64,000 nucleotides of DNA from Syntrophobacteraceae bacterium (GCA_049964955.1 JBMFWU010000005.1:4090-68089); one strand, 5' to 3'; shown: positions 7,880 to 20,424, numbered from the stretch's first letter. Notes: generated from the letters alone by a model not told the origin. A program made the numbers and translations.

Positions 7880-9334
7880 CCGATTTATTGCCTCCCCCCA
7901 CTTGAACAGGGCGATTGCGGTCGCCACCACTCCATTTAGCGACTCCACCCCGGCCGAGATGGAAATGGAGACCGCAGCCTTTCTAAACTTCTCCGGCAGC
8001 CCCGGTCCTTCGATTCCGGGGAGCAGGCCGAAGGTTTCCGGAAATCTGAAATCCGAAATGTTTTTCCCTTCTTTGGAAAGGGGCACGAGCGGCAGTTCTT
8101 CGGGGAGTTCGCCGATCGAGGGGCCCTGCAGCAGGCGGGCGCCAAAGACCGTTGCCCCGGAAGCCCTCACCGACTTGGGATGGTAGGGGTTGGCGGCTTC
8201 GGCGAGCAGGATGATCGCGGAGACGCCGAAAGCCACCGCCGACCGAATGACGGCCCCGACATTTTCGGGGTCCTGGAACGGCACGAAGAGAGTGCATCCT
8301 TCCGGAAGGCCCTCGGAGGGCGACCACTGTTCCATCGGTTTCACTTTTACGAGCAAGAGCGGACAGGAAGTCCCGAAAATATCCAGGGCCTCGAAAAGAG
8401 GAGGTGCCAGCCGATACCACATCAAATGCGAGGGGGCCTCTTCGGGCGGCGGGGCGGTGTCGCCCCGACTCAACCAGGCGAGGCAGTCTTCGGGAATTCG
8501 GGCAAGCGTTTCCGTCACCTGCTTTTGGCCGAAGACGAGCGCCTGCAACTGTTTGCGTATCCCCCGGGGGGTGAGCAGTTTTTTCAACTCCCGGAAAGTG
8601 TCATTATTTTCGCTTTCGATGGTTTTCACCAGGTTTTGCCTTTCGAATTCGGTCCTTCTGAGCCGGGGGGGAGCATCGAGCCTTTCGAAAACAACCAGCC
8701 TGCGCTCATCGCGGGAATCGGGTAATTGGTAATGATGGTCGCCCACGAGCCGGTAGCGGCCGGTGTAGCGTTCCCGGGCCTCTTCTATTTCCTGGTCGCA
8801 TCCCGGGCCCTTCATGAATATCGCCAGGCCCCCCCTGGATAGAGAGCCCGAAATCCTTTCCAAGGTAGCGGGGATGGCCTCCAGTGCCCGGGTTATTATG
8901 CCGTTAACCTCCGTTTCAGTCGAGGGACCGACACCGTGCCCAAGGACGTCGATCCCCCCCAACGAAAGCTCCTGGACCACCCTATGGAGAAATTCGTTGC
9001 GGTTTCGCCTGCTTTCGGCGAGGATGACTTCGAGCTGCGGATAGGCGATCTTTAGAGGGACTCCCGGCATGCCGGGGCCGCTGCCGATATCCATGAGGGG
9101 CGAGGGCAGCTCGATGATTTTGCCGGGCAGGATCGAGTCCACATAAAGTTTGCGGACCATGTTTGCGAAGTTGTGAATCCGGGTGAGATTGAGTTCGGTG
9201 TTGCATTGTCTCAGCAGCAGGTGATATTTCCACAGGCGCTCCACGTCGCTACGCGGCAGGGATATGCCGGATGCGACCAGCAGCTTTGAAAGGTGCGCCG
9301 CATCGGGTTCCGCGCCCTGTTTGTTTGGGGGCAT
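7877..9334 (-). CDS. fusion of an RsmG (GidB)-like 16S rRNA methyltransferase and a SpoU/TrmH-family RNA 2'-O-methyltransferase
   Basis: N-terminal half: NLTRIHNFANMVRKLYVDSI...LMDIGSGPGMPGVPLKIAYPQLEVILAES (RsmG pattern). C-terminal half: FQDPENVGAVIRSAVAFG...LLPGIEGPGLP...ISISAGVESLNGVVATAIALF (SPOUT/TrmH motifs). Start set at ATG 9334 (MPPNKQ). Confidence 0.8.
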   Translation of the reverse strand: MPPNKQGAEPDAAHLSKLLVASGISLPRSDVERLWKYHLLLRQCNTELNLTRIHNFANMVRKLYVDSILPGKIIELPSPLMDIGSGPGMPGVPLKIAYPQLEVILAESRRNRNEFLHRVVQELSLGGIDVLGHGVGPSTETEVNGIITRALEAIPATLERISGSLSRGGLAIFMKGPGCDQEIEEARERYTGRYRLVGDHHYQLPDSRDERRLVVFERLDAPPRLRRTEFERQNLVKTIESENNDTFRELKKLLTPRGIRKQLQALVFGQKQVTETLARIPEDCLAWLSRGDTAPPPEEAPSHLMWYRLAPPLFEALDIFGTSCPLLLVKVKPMEQWSPSEGLPEGCTLFVPFQDPENVGAVIRSAVAFGVSAIILLAEAANPYHPKSVRASGATVFGARLLQGPSIGELPEELPLVPLSKEGKNISDFRFPETFGLLPGIEGPGLPEKFRKAAVSISISAGVESLNGVVATAIALFKWGEAINR

Positions 9335-9373
9335 GAAATCAGTTCCTTTTGGGGTACGCCCGCGGGAAGCTCT

Positions 9374-10120
9374 ATGAACGGGGACTATTTTTTTCATCGA
9401 TCGTGGCCTATATTCTACCGAGACAACCACCTGCTGGTTCTCTACAAGCCTGCCGGCCTCCTGGCTCAAGGCGATGAGACCGGGGAAACGTCGCTGCTCG
9501 AACTGGGTAAGCTCTGGCTAAAGGATGTTTATAACAAACCCGGCCGGGTTTTTCTCGGCCTTGTCCATCGCCTGGACCGGCCGGTCGCCGGGGTCATGCT
9601 CTTTTGCCGAACCTCCAAGGCCGCCGCAAGAATAAGCGAACAGTTCCGCGGGGGCAAAGCGGAAAAATATTATCTAGCGGTATTGGAGGGAAAACTGAAG
9701 GAAAAATCGGGCAGTCTCGTCAATTTGATCGAAAAGGGCGAGAATCGGTCGAGCAGGGTCGTTTCGGGAAAAACTCCCGAAGCTCGTGAGGCGAGGCTAT
9801 CTTTCACGGTTCTGGATACGGCACAGGGGCGCAGCCTGGTTCGCATCAGACTCGAAACCGGGCGCAGGCACCAGATACGGCTTCAGTTCGCCCACATCGG
9901 TCATCCGGTTGTCGGGGACCTTCGGTATGGGGCCCCCGCAGCGCTTCCCGAAAAACAAATCGCCCTTTTTGCCAAAGAGCTTTTCGTGGACCATCCCGTT
10001 CGGGGAGAAAGACTCCGATTCGAGTCGCCCCTTCCTCGCGGCTGGCCCTGGCAAGACCAAACCGACGGCCCTCCGTGGGATTGGAGAGAGCTCGAAGGGC
10101 AATTAGGATTGAATTTATGA
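9374..10120 (+). CDS. RluA-family pseudouridine synthase
   Basis: Motifs LLVLYKPAGLL, GLVHRLDRPVAGVMLF (catalytic HRLD) and RRHQIRLQFAHIGHPVVGD. Start set at ATG 9374. Confidence 0.8.
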   Translation: MNGDYFFHRSWPIFYRDNHLLVLYKPAGLLAQGDETGETSLLELGKLWLKDVYNKPGRVFLGLVHRLDRPVAGVMLFCRTSKAAARISEQFRGGKAEKYYLAVLEGKLKEKSGSLVNLIEKGENRSSRVVSGKTPEAREARLSFTVLDTAQGRSLVRIRLETGRRHQIRLQFAHIGHPVVGDLRYGAPAALPEKQIALFAKELFVDHPVRGERLRFESPLPRGWPWQDQTDGPPWDWRELEGQLGLNL

Positions 10121-10875
10121 AGCTTCTTTTGACCAACGACGACGGGATTTTTTCCAAGGGTATAGAGGCCCTTTTCCACGCTTTGTCGGCTGAGCACGAG
10201 GTGATTGTTGTCGCTCCGGAAACCGAACAGAGCGCGATCGGGCATGCGATCACCATACTCGAGCCCTTGCGTGTGAACGAGGTAAAGCGCAACGGCCGGT
10301 TTTTCGGCTACGCCCTCAAGGGCACCCCCGCCGACTGCGTGAAAATTGCGGTAAGCGAACTGATGGACCAGCCGCCCGACATGGTGGTTTCAGGCATCAA
10401 CCTCGGGGCCAACGTAGGGGTGGATGTAATCTATTCGGGCACGGTTTCGGCCGCAACGGAGGCTGCGGTTCTCGGCCTCCCGTCCATAGCCATTTCGATC
10501 GATTCCTTTACCTCTGCGGACTTTAGCGCCGCAACCGAATTTATCCCCAAACTGGTCGCACTCGCAGGAAAAGAGGGGCTGCCGCCCGGGGTGAGCCTCA
10601 ATGTCAATGTCCCTAACCTGCCGGCCGATAAAATCAGCGGCGTGCGCATAACCAGGCAAGGGACCCAGAGATATGTGGAAAAATATGACCGGCGAATCGA
10701 TCCGCGAAACCACGTCTACTATTGGCTGACAAATGAATCCGTGGTCCGGGATGACGACCCGGAGGCGGACTCGTGCGCCCTTGCCTCGGGCTATATTTCC
10801 GTCACCCCGATTCATCACGATCTGACCAGCTATGCGACGCTCGAAACGCTCAGAGGATGGGGAGTGTCTATTTAA
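10117..10875 (+). CDS. surE: 5'/3'-nucleotidase SurE
   Basis: MKLLLTNDDGIFSKGIEAL and SGINLGANVG signatures. ATGA start/stop overlap with the preceding gene. Confidence 0.9.
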   Translation: MKLLLTNDDGIFSKGIEALFHALSAEHEVIVVAPETEQSAIGHAITILEPLRVNEVKRNGRFFGYALKGTPADCVKIAVSELMDQPPDMVVSGINLGANVGVDVIYSGTVSAATEAAVLGLPSIAISIDSFTSADFSAATEFIPKLVALAGKEGLPPGVSLNVNVPNLPADKISGVRITRQGTQRYVEKYDRRIDPRNHVYYWLTNESVVRDDDPEADSCALASGYISVTPIHHDLTSYATLETLRGWGVSI

Positions 10876-10947
10876 ATGTCCATCCGGAAACCCCGGACCA
10901 TGAGGGTGGTGGGCGCGATGGACGGCTTCATCGGGGACCGGGGTTAT

Positions 10948-10979
10948 GTTGGGGTTCCCTTTCGGTCACCCCAACCTAC
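10948..10979 (-). repeat. solitary REP hairpin (same family as the RAYT-flanking REPs)
   Basis: GTTGGGGTTCCCTTTCGGTCACCCCAACCTAC is the exact reverse complement of GTAGGTTGGGGTGACCGAAAGGGAACCCCAAC found three times at 27769-27937. Confidence 0.85.
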
Positions 10980-11070
10980 GACCGGTGCGGATTGAGGTAG
11001 GACGAAGACGTTGTCCACCAAGAAGTTCCCGCATGGAGACTGTTTAGATACCCATCGTTTTTGCGCGCCT

Positions 11071-12216
11071 TTAGTACCTGAAAATGGCCGCGGCATCCTT
11101 GCCGGGCATCTCGGGCGAACTCAGTCCATAGACAGTTGCGCCGCTAAGATAGGCGTTGGCAAAGGCCAGATCGAGCAGGTCCTCGTCTCCGGTTTGCCGC
11201 TCCGAATGGACTTCCACGTTGCCCGAGGCCGGGTCGTATTTGCCCCATTGCTGCGCGTCAGTGTCTACAAAGAGCGTATCGACTCTTCCCGAATCGGCGC
11301 CGGGCAAAATGTCTGCGATGCTCTCGGATGCGAGCGGGCCTCCGAGCAGTTCGCTGCACCGGTCGATTGCCTGTTCCTTTTCCCTGTTGAAATAGGCAGA
11401 TATGAGCCGCAGCCCTTTTTTGTGAAGTTCGAGCGAATCGAGTTCATCGGGGTTGCCCTCAATGAATTCGCCCGGGATGTTTCTGTAGATTTCCGCCTGC
11501 TTGAACATCGGAAAAAGATATTCCACGCCGGCAAAGACAAGAGGAATCTTCTCCTGTCTGAAGACTGGGTGCAGGCTGTCTTTCAAGATTTGAAACCACC
11601 GCCGGAGGCGATCTTTTTCCGATTCGGCGGCGCCGCCGTGCCCGTGGACCATTTGGGCCGTACCGGGATTGGAAGCCTGAGAACTCATCCGGAAAAGCGG
11701 AATCGATTCCTCTTCGGTGCCCAGCGCTTCCCGCATGCTCCTCGGCACGCCTTGGAGTTCGATTTCATTGGCGCCGAATTCCGTGCATTCGAAGAGTCGT
11801 AGCGATTTTTGACTGACGGCCAGGATAAAGAATTTCTTGTCGCCATGCAGCAGGGGGGCGAGCGGTTTCAAATAGAACTGCCGCCCGATGTGCAGTCGTT
11901 CGTAGAAACGGAGCGGGAGCTTGAAATATTTGAAAAAGTTTCTGGAGATGAACATGCTAAGGCCGTCGGTAAGACGGCGAGTGGTAGTGGCTTCCTTCAA
12001 AAAGTCCTGCGCGGGTTGAAGAAGCTCTCTGGCCTCGGAGGCGCGCACTCCTCCTGCCACGAGTTCTTTTTCGGCGCCTCTCAGAAGGTTATCCAGCCGA
12101 ATCGGGTCCTGCAGCGTGTCGCGTCCGGTCTTGTGCGTGGGCAGATAGAGTGACACGCAGGAGTCGCTCCTCTTGCGCATCAGTTCCCTGATTTCATCCT
12201 GCAAGATAAGATCCAT
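11071..12216 (-). CDS. hypothetical protein, possibly baeRF (bacterial eRF1-like) family
   Basis: 381 aa from ATG 12216 (GGAGG RBS). N-terminal VSLYLPTHKTGRDTLQDPIRLDNLLRGAEKEL and central HGHGG loop recall baeRF-type proteins. Assigned from memory only. Confidence 0.4.
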   Translation of the reverse strand: MDLILQDEIRELMRKRSDSCVSLYLPTHKTGRDTLQDPIRLDNLLRGAEKELVAGGVRASEARELLQPAQDFLKEATTTRRLTDGLSMFISRNFFKYFKLPLRFYERLHIGRQFYLKPLAPLLHGDKKFFILAVSQKSLRLFECTEFGANEIELQGVPRSMREALGTEEESIPLFRMSSQASNPGTAQMVHGHGGAAESEKDRLRRWFQILKDSLHPVFRQEKIPLVFAGVEYLFPMFKQAEIYRNIPGEFIEGNPDELDSLELHKKGLRLISAYFNREKEQAIDRCSELLGGPLASESIADILPGADSGRVDTLFVDTDAQQWGKYDPASGNVEVHSERQTGDEDLLDLAFANAYLSGATVYGLSSPEMPGKDAAAIFRY

Positions 12217-12322
12217 AGATTCCAGCCTCCTTGCATAAGGTATAGAGCCCCTGCTTACAAGATAAGCACTGGAAATCATCAGTCGATCAAACAGGAAATA
12301 TGGCCGGATCTGGGGAGGGTAT

Positions 12323-13372
12323 TTACCTTCCCTGGTTCATTCCGATCTCCGGGTCATGCTCCATTTCATGTTTCAGATCGCGTTCGAGCAGTTCGGAGAC
12401 GACGAGCAGCGGGTCCTTTTCTTCATAGAGCACCCGGTAGACCTGCTCGCAAATGGGCATTTCGACTTCCATTTTTCGGGCAAGCATGTGGATGGATTTG
12501 GCGGTGACGACCCCTTCGGCCACCTGGCGCATCTGGCCGAGAATGTCTTTGAGCTTCCTGCCTTTGGCCAGTTGCATTCCGACCGTGCGGTTCCGGCTGA
12601 GATCCCCGGTGCAGGTGAGAAGCAGATCTCCTATGCCGGCAAGTCCCGAGAAGGTGAGGGGGTGTGCGCCCATCTTGACGCCGAGCCGGGAGATTTCGGC
12701 CAGGCCCCGGGTAATGAGGGCTGCCCGCGCGTTGTAGCCGAAGGAAAGGCCGTCGCTGGCGCCTGCGGCAAGGGCTATGACGTTTTTCGAGGCGCCGGCG
12801 ACCTCGACTCCGGTAACATCGAGGCTCGTGTAGATACGAAACCTTGGCGCGGAGAGGGTCTTCTGGACCTCTTGAGTGATTTCCATGTCGGGCCCGGCCA
12901 GAGTCACCGCAGTGGGAATTCCCCGCATCACTTCATGGGCGAAGGAAGGCCCGGAGAGGCAAAGAATCTTTACGCCACTCCCCTCGGGGAGCAGTTCTTT
13001 CCAGATACCCGACATGGTAAGGAGCGTATCGTTTTCAATGCCCTTGGTCGCATTGACGATGACGGCGTCCCGCTGCAGACGGGGCAGGAGACTACGGGCC
13101 ACACCGCGATAGACGTGCGAAGGAACGACCATGACCAGCAGGCGGCAGGCCTGTGCTATGTCCTCGACCGCACTGCTTGCGTGCACGTTTTCATGCAGCG
13201 TGAAGCCTGGAAGATATACGGTATTTTCCCGAGTCTTGCGAATGGTCTCGCACAGGTCTTTTTCAAAGACCCAGAGATGTACCTGCAAACCGTTTGCGGC
13301 GAGCATGTGGGCGATGGTGGTGCCCCAGGCCCCGGCCCCGATCACACCGACCGGTCCCAAATTGTCGATCAA
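12323..13372 (-). CDS. gpsA: NAD(P)H-dependent glycerol-3-phosphate dehydrogenase
   Basis: VIGAGAWGTTIAHMLA Rossmann motif. GPSFAHEV and GDLLLTCTGDLSRNR signatures. Confidence 0.9.
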   Translation of the reverse strand: MIDNLGPVGVIGAGAWGTTIAHMLAANGLQVHLWVFEKDLCETIRKTRENTVYLPGFTLHENVHASSAVEDIAQACRLLVMVVPSHVYRGVARSLLPRLQRDAVIVNATKGIENDTLLTMSGIWKELLPEGSGVKILCLSGPSFAHEVMRGIPTAVTLAGPDMEITQEVQKTLSAPRFRIYTSLDVTGVEVAGASKNVIALAAGASDGLSFGYNARAALITRGLAEISRLGVKMGAHPLTFSGLAGIGDLLLTCTGDLSRNRTVGMQLAKGRKLKDILGQMRQVAEGVVTAKSIHMLARKMEVEMPICEQVYRVLYEEKDPLLVVSELLERDLKHEMEHDPEIGMNQGR

Positions 13373-13374
13373 TG

Positions 13375-15822
13375 CTATTCTTCCTCTCTTGTCTCTTCTT
13401 TTGTATCTTCTTTGGGAGTTTCCGCTTCGTCGAGAACGGTAAGATCGACGACTTTCTCTCCTTCGTCAAGACCGATGAGCTTTACTCCCTGAGTTACCCT
13501 GCCAATTTTGCTGATTTGCGAAACAGACATTCGTATGAGCCGCCCCTTGTCCGTGATCAGCATGATCCCGTTTTCTTCGGCGACCTGGCGGAAGCCGACC
13601 ACGGAGCCGTTGCGTTCGGTTACCCGGATATTGAGAACTCCCTGCCCGCCCCGGCCCTGGCAGCGGTAGTCTTCCTCAGGGGTGCGTTTGCCGAACCCTC
13701 TTTCCGTTACCACCAGGATGCACTTGTGCGGATCGATGACGTCCATTCCGACCAGGCTCCCGTCTTTTATGTTCATTCCCCGGATGCCCCGGCTGACGCG
13801 CCCGAGCGGCCGGAATTCTCCTTCACTTATCCGGATGCATTTGCCCTCGCGGCTCATGAGGAAAATGTCGCGCTCCCCGTCGGTGATCACAACCGAAATG
13901 AGTTCGTCGTTTTCGTCCAGATTGATCGCTCGTATGCCGGTCGACCTGGGGTTGGCGTAGGCGGAGAGCTCGGTCTTCTTGATGATCCCGTTTCTGGTGG
14001 CCATCACGGCGTAAAGGCCCGGTGAGAACTCACGGACCGGCAGAATGGTCTGGATCTTTTCTCCCGACTGAAGCGGAAGAAGGTTTACGGCGGCCTTCCC
14101 CAGCGCCGTTGGGCCCACTTCGGGTATTTCGTAGACTTTTAGCCGGAACACCTGCCCCCGGTTGGTGAAAAGCAGCAGGTAGTCGAGGGTGAGGGCCGTA
14201 AAGAGGCTTGTAACCACGTCTTCTTCGCGCGTACTCATGCCGGTGCGGCCTTTGCCGCCCCGGTTCTGGTTGCGATAGACCGACAGCGGGGTCCTCTTGA
14301 GATACCCTGCCCGAGACATCGTCACCACCATCTCTTCGCTGGCGATGAGGTCTTCGAGGCAAATATCCCCGGCATCGGGAATGATCTCGGTCCTGCGTGC
14401 TTCGCCGAACTCGTCGATCAGTTCCTGGATTTCGTTCCGTACGACCTGGTCGACCAGGGCGGCGGAGGCGAGGATGCTTTTCAGCCGCTCGATCTCCTTC
14501 ATGATGTCGAGGTAGTCCTGAATGATTTTTTCCCGTTCGAGTCCGGTCAGGCGCTGGAGGCGCATATTGAGGATTTCCTGCGCCTGGATCTCACTGAAGT
14601 CGAACCGTTCGATGAGGCCCCGCTTGGCTTCGGGCGGATTTTGCGCCGAGCGTATGAGAGCGATCACCGCGTCGAGATTGTCGAGGGCTTTCTTCAATCC
14701 TTCGAGGATATGAGCCCGTTTTTCGGCTTGCCTGAGTTCGTAGCGGGTGCGTTTGACGACGACCTCGCGGCGAAAGTCGAGAAAATGCTGCAGGATGTCC
14801 CTGAGGTTCATCACCTCGGGCCTGTTATCCACTACGGCGAGCATGATGATCCCGAAGGTGGTCTCGATCGCCGTGTTTTTGTAGAGCTGATTTTCGACCA
14901 CCTTGGGGTCTTCGCCCTGGCGCAGGGTGAGCACGACGCGCATTCCCTGGCGGTCGGATTCATCGCGGATGTCCTGGATGCCCTCGATCCGTTTCGCCTT
15001 CACCAGTTCGGCGATACGTTCGAGCAGCCTCGCCTTGTTCACCTGGTAGGGAAGCTCGGTGACAATCAGGTGCTGCTTTCTTCCCGAGTCTTCGACCTCG
15101 ACCCGCCCGCGTATCTTGATGACCCCTTTGCCGGTTTCATAGGCTTCAGTGATCCCATCGCAGCCGCAGAGATAACCGGCGGTGGGAAAATCGGGCCCCT
15201 GGATGTAGCGCATGAGGCCTTTAACGGTCAAAGTCGGATCGTCGAGCAGGGCGATGAGGCCCGAGCAGAGTTCGCGCAGGTTGTGCGGGGGAATGTTTGT
15301 CGCCATTCCGACCGCGATCCCCGAAGAGCCGTTCAAAAGCAGGTTGGGTACCCGCGTCGGCAGCACCGTCGGCTCAAGGAGCGTATTGTCATAGTTGGGC
15401 TGGAAGGGGACCGTTTCCTTCTCGATGTCCCGCATGAACTCCATGCCCAGCTTCGACATGCGGATTTCGGTGTAACGCATTGCCGCCGGAGGATCGCCAT
15501 CGACCGAGCCGAAGTTGCCCTGGCCGTCCACGAGCAGATGGCGCATGGAAAAGTCCTGGGCCATGCGGACGGTCGCATCATAGATGGCCGCATCCCCGTG
15601 CGGGTGATACTTACCCATGACGTCTCCGACGATGCGCGCCGACTTCTTGTAGGGCTTGTTGTAGTCGTTATTGACCTCGTGCATCGAAAAAAGGATGCGT
15701 CGGTGCACGGGTTTCAGGCCGTCACGCACGTCGGGAATCGCCCGCCCGATTATGACGCTCATCGCATAATCGAGATAGGACAGCTTTATTTCATCGGCAA
15801 TGTTTATGGTTTTAAGGTCCAT
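13375..15822 (-). CDS. gyrA: DNA gyrase subunit A
   Basis: 815 aa. [31 protein letters not shown] active-site Tyr region, C-terminal beta-pinwheel repeats. Confidence 0.97.
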   Translation of the reverse strand: MDLKTINIADEIKLSYLDYAMSVIIGRAIPDVRDGLKPVHRRILFSMHEVNNDYNKPYKKSARIVGDVMGKYHPHGDAAIYDATVRMAQDFSMRHLLVDGQGNFGSVDGDPPAAMRYTEIRMSKLGMEFMRDIEKETVPFQPNYDNTLLEPTVLPTRVPNLLLNGSSGIAVGMATNIPPHNLRELCSGLIALLDDPTLTVKGLMRYIQGPDFPTAGYLCGCDGITEAYETGKGVIKIRGRVEVEDSGRKQHLIVTELPYQVNKARLLERIAELVKAKRIEGIQDIRDESDRQGMRVVLTLRQGEDPKVVENQLYKNTAIETTFGIIMLAVVDNRPEVMNLRDILQHFLDFRREVVVKRTRYELRQAEKRAHILEGLKKALDNLDAVIALIRSAQNPPEAKRGLIERFDFSEIQAQEILNMRLQRLTGLEREKIIQDYLDIMKEIERLKSILASAALVDQVVRNEIQELIDEFGEARRTEIIPDAGDICLEDLIASEEMVVTMSRAGYLKRTPLSVYRNQNRGGKGRTGMSTREEDVVTSLFTALTLDYLLLFTNRGQVFRLKVYEIPEVGPTALGKAAVNLLPLQSGEKIQTILPVREFSPGLYAVMATRNGIIKKTELSAYANPRSTGIRAINLDENDELISVVITDGERDIFLMSREGKCIRISEGEFRPLGRVSRGIRGMNIKDGSLVGMDVIDPHKCILVVTERGFGKRTPEEDYRCQGRGGQGVLNIRVTERNGSVVGFRQVAEENGIMLITDKGRLIRMSVSQISKIGRVTQGVKLIGLDEGEKVVDLTVLDEAETPKEDTKEETREEE

Positions 15823-15826
15823 TATC

Positions 15827-18316
<2,490 letters not shown>

Positions 18317-18453
18317 TTATTGGAACTTCGAGGAAAACAACTATTTATAACACTTTCCGGGGTCTATTTCAATGTAAATCGCCGGAGGGACGGATCGGCC
18401 GGGCGGGGAGAGAAAAAAGGCGAGAGGCAAACAGTCGGGACAGAGGGAAAAGA

Positions 18454-18480
18454 GCGGGGGCTTTCGCCCCCTGCACCCCC
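18454..18480. repeat. G/C hairpin repeat (GGGGGC-tetraloop-GCCCCC family), copy 1
   Basis: GCGGGGGCTTTCGCCCCCTGCACCCCC is the reverse complement of 50608-50634. It lies just 3' of the response-regulator gene. Confidence 0.75.
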
Positions 18481-18505
18481 TTGGTCGCTACGCGGCTGAG
18501 GATGA

Positions 18506-19141
18506 TTAGTTCAACCGCGTTGCTTGTATCGCCCTCCCCCGAACGGGCACGCCGGAGCGGCGGAATCGAGCCCGGCAAACCGCATGTCTCTCCATGGAGC
18601 GTAAACGGTTGCCGCAACGAAACCCGTTGATTTCCGGAGAATCGGGCACGCAGAAAATACCGAAATAGTGTTCGTGAAGATCGGCGAATATGTTGGCCAG
18701 TTCGTCAAAATCGCGGGGCTTTACGATGAAGGAATCTGCCCCGAGCCTTAGCCCCGACGCCTCATGAATCTGTTTGCGGCAGGTGGCCAGAAGCACAACG
18801 GGAATGTTTCGGAGTCTGCCGGTTCCCTTTATATGGCTGAGGATTTCCAGGCCGCCTTTGCCCGGCATAATAAGGTCCAGTAAAATCAGGTCCGGGCGCG
18901 GAGCGGAGCCGGGATACCGATAGTCACCTCTTTGAAACAGGTAGTCCAGAGCTTCCTCCCCGTCGCACACCCATCGCAGGTCCACACTGATCGGACTGGC
19001 TTCAAAAGTTTCTTTCATCAAAAGGTAGTCCTGCGCTTTATCATCTGCCAAAAGGACAACCCGGGCAGACCCTGAGCCTTTGTGCATTTCAGGAGCTTCT
19101 ACAGGTTGCCGCGTCGTCGAAAAAGATAACAAAGAAATCAT
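18506..19141 (-). CDS. stand-alone response regulator receiver protein
   Basis: CheY-like pattern: VVLLADD..., PDLILLDLIMPGKGG (phospho-acceptor Asp), PVVLLAT, ADSFIVKP. Start is uncertain (ATG 19141 or 19087). The C-terminal about 45 aa may be a non-conserved extension. Confidence 0.7.
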   Translation of the reverse strand: MISLLSFSTTRQPVEAPEMHKGSGSARVVLLADDKAQDYLLMKETFEASPISVDLRWVCDGEEALDYLFQRGDYRYPGSAPRPDLILLDLIMPGKGGLEILSHIKGTGRLRNIPVVLLATCRKQIHEASGLRLGADSFIVKPRDFDELANIFADLHEHYFGIFCVPDSPEINGFRCGNRLRSMERHAVCRARFRRSGVPVRGRAIQATRLN

Positions 19142-19414
19142 ACCGACTCTCCTTTACCGTGTAAGCGGGCTAATCAGTTGTGGTTTCGGAGGTTAGGTTA
19201 TTACCACGAAATGGAGGGTTCCACAGGTAGGGGAACAATGTAATCTTGTGGATTGAGGTAAGTAGAGGTGCGGCAGGTCCCCCTTTCGGGTTGCTTTGCG
19301 GGGGCCGGATAGAAGAGGCGGTGCCTCCCGAAAAATCTTTCGACCTCTACGATCCGGCACTCGCAGCATACGTTGTGTCTTCCCTGGTCGAGACTATGGT
19401 TTCATGACATGCGT

Positions 19415-19915
19415 TCATACGCATTCTTCTTCCATTCTACCGGTTATGTCCTCAACGTAGGGCGCCCGCCCGCCGTTGCCTTTCTCCACCTTTTTCCCGG
19501 AAGAAGAGGAAAGCCACCAGATGAGGACCCCGGTCGTCAGTGCGGCACCGATGGAAAGCACCGGTCTTTTGCGGGCAAAATCTTCGATCTCGCTGATCAC
19601 ATCCTGAATGTAATCGTCTCTGAAATTGTCGGCCAGGAGCCCTATTTCCCCGGAGACCGCCTCGAGCATGCCGGCGAGAGAATCGCTTTGCTTTTCGCGA
19701 AGTTTTCCGGCCGCGTCGTTCAAACTCGCGGCCAGGACGTCCAGGTTTTCGGAAATGGATTTCAATCGTTTAACGGCAAACGAGCGTGACTCCGATTCGA
19801 TATCCCGGGAAAGACCCCGAGTCACTTCCCGGGCATAGTTTTCCAACCCGCCAATCGAAAGTTCGGGTCCTCCAACCTTGGGTGTTACGGGTTCTGAGTA
19901 TTCCACGTTGTTCAT
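19415..19915 (-). CDS. hypothetical C-terminally anchored protein (DUF883/ElaB-like?)
   Basis: 166 aa. Helical N-terminal region, then RKRPVLSIGAALTTGVLIWWL, resembling the C-terminal anchor of ElaB/YqjD-type proteins. Weak assignment. Confidence 0.4.
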   Translation of the reverse strand: MNNVEYSEPVTPKVGGPELSIGGLENYAREVTRGLSRDIESESRSFAVKRLKSISENLDVLAASLNDAAGKLREKQSDSLAGMLEAVSGEIGLLADNFRDDYIQDVISEIEDFARKRPVLSIGAALTTGVLIWWLSSSSGKKVEKGNGGRAPYVEDITGRMEEECV

Positions 19916-20098
19916 TTTTGCTCCTTACTCTCTTTAGGATCGCGACCCGCTGAAGAGTGCGTAAATAGTTGATTGTAAATATATATTATCTAAGTGCGAT
20001 GGTCATTGGCGTCAAATACGCCTGTTTGCGGTTCGGATTTTCAAAAATGTATGTACGGTAGATGGGGGCGATTCGGTTTCATGTGAAATAGGAGGGTT

Positions 20099-20206
20099 TC
20101 AACTGGGATCAGGCCCTGTCGTCCAGCGTTGCCATGATAGTTCGAAGGGATCGGGCACAGTGAAAAAGACCTCGACTTCGGGAAGAAAACGCAAAGTTGA
20201 TGTCAT
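20099..20206 (-). pseudogene. 35-codon remnant of a RelE/ParE-type toxin
   Basis: ATG 20206-20204 overlaps the antitoxin TGA (ATGA). MTSTLRFLPEVEVFF... resembles the xRFxPEAExE start of ParE/RelE toxins but stops after 35 codons. Confidence 0.35.
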
Positions 20207-20424
20207 TTTCTGCTTTCTACTCTCTTCTGCAGTTCTTCCAGTGAGAGAAGAGTTTCCCGGTCAGATCTGTATTTGGCGAGTCTTTTGTCCAGTTCGGCAG
20301 TATGGCTCTCAGGGACGGGCACCTCCGATTCCTCCGAGGCAATGCTGTCCCAAAGGTCATCGACCAGCAGGATTTTTTCCGGCGTGCTCAAGCGCTTAAT
20401 CTCAGGGATATCATTGAAGTGCAT
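20203..20424 (-). CDS. putative addiction-module antitoxin (CHP02574-like component)
   Basis: 73 aa. LSTPEKILLVDDLWDSI...ESHTAELDKRLAKY matches the pattern of this small antitoxin family. Confidence 0.6.
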   Translation of the reverse strand: MHFNDIPEIKRLSTPEKILLVDDLWDSIASEESEVPVPESHTAELDKRLAKYRSDRETLLSLEELQKRVESRK

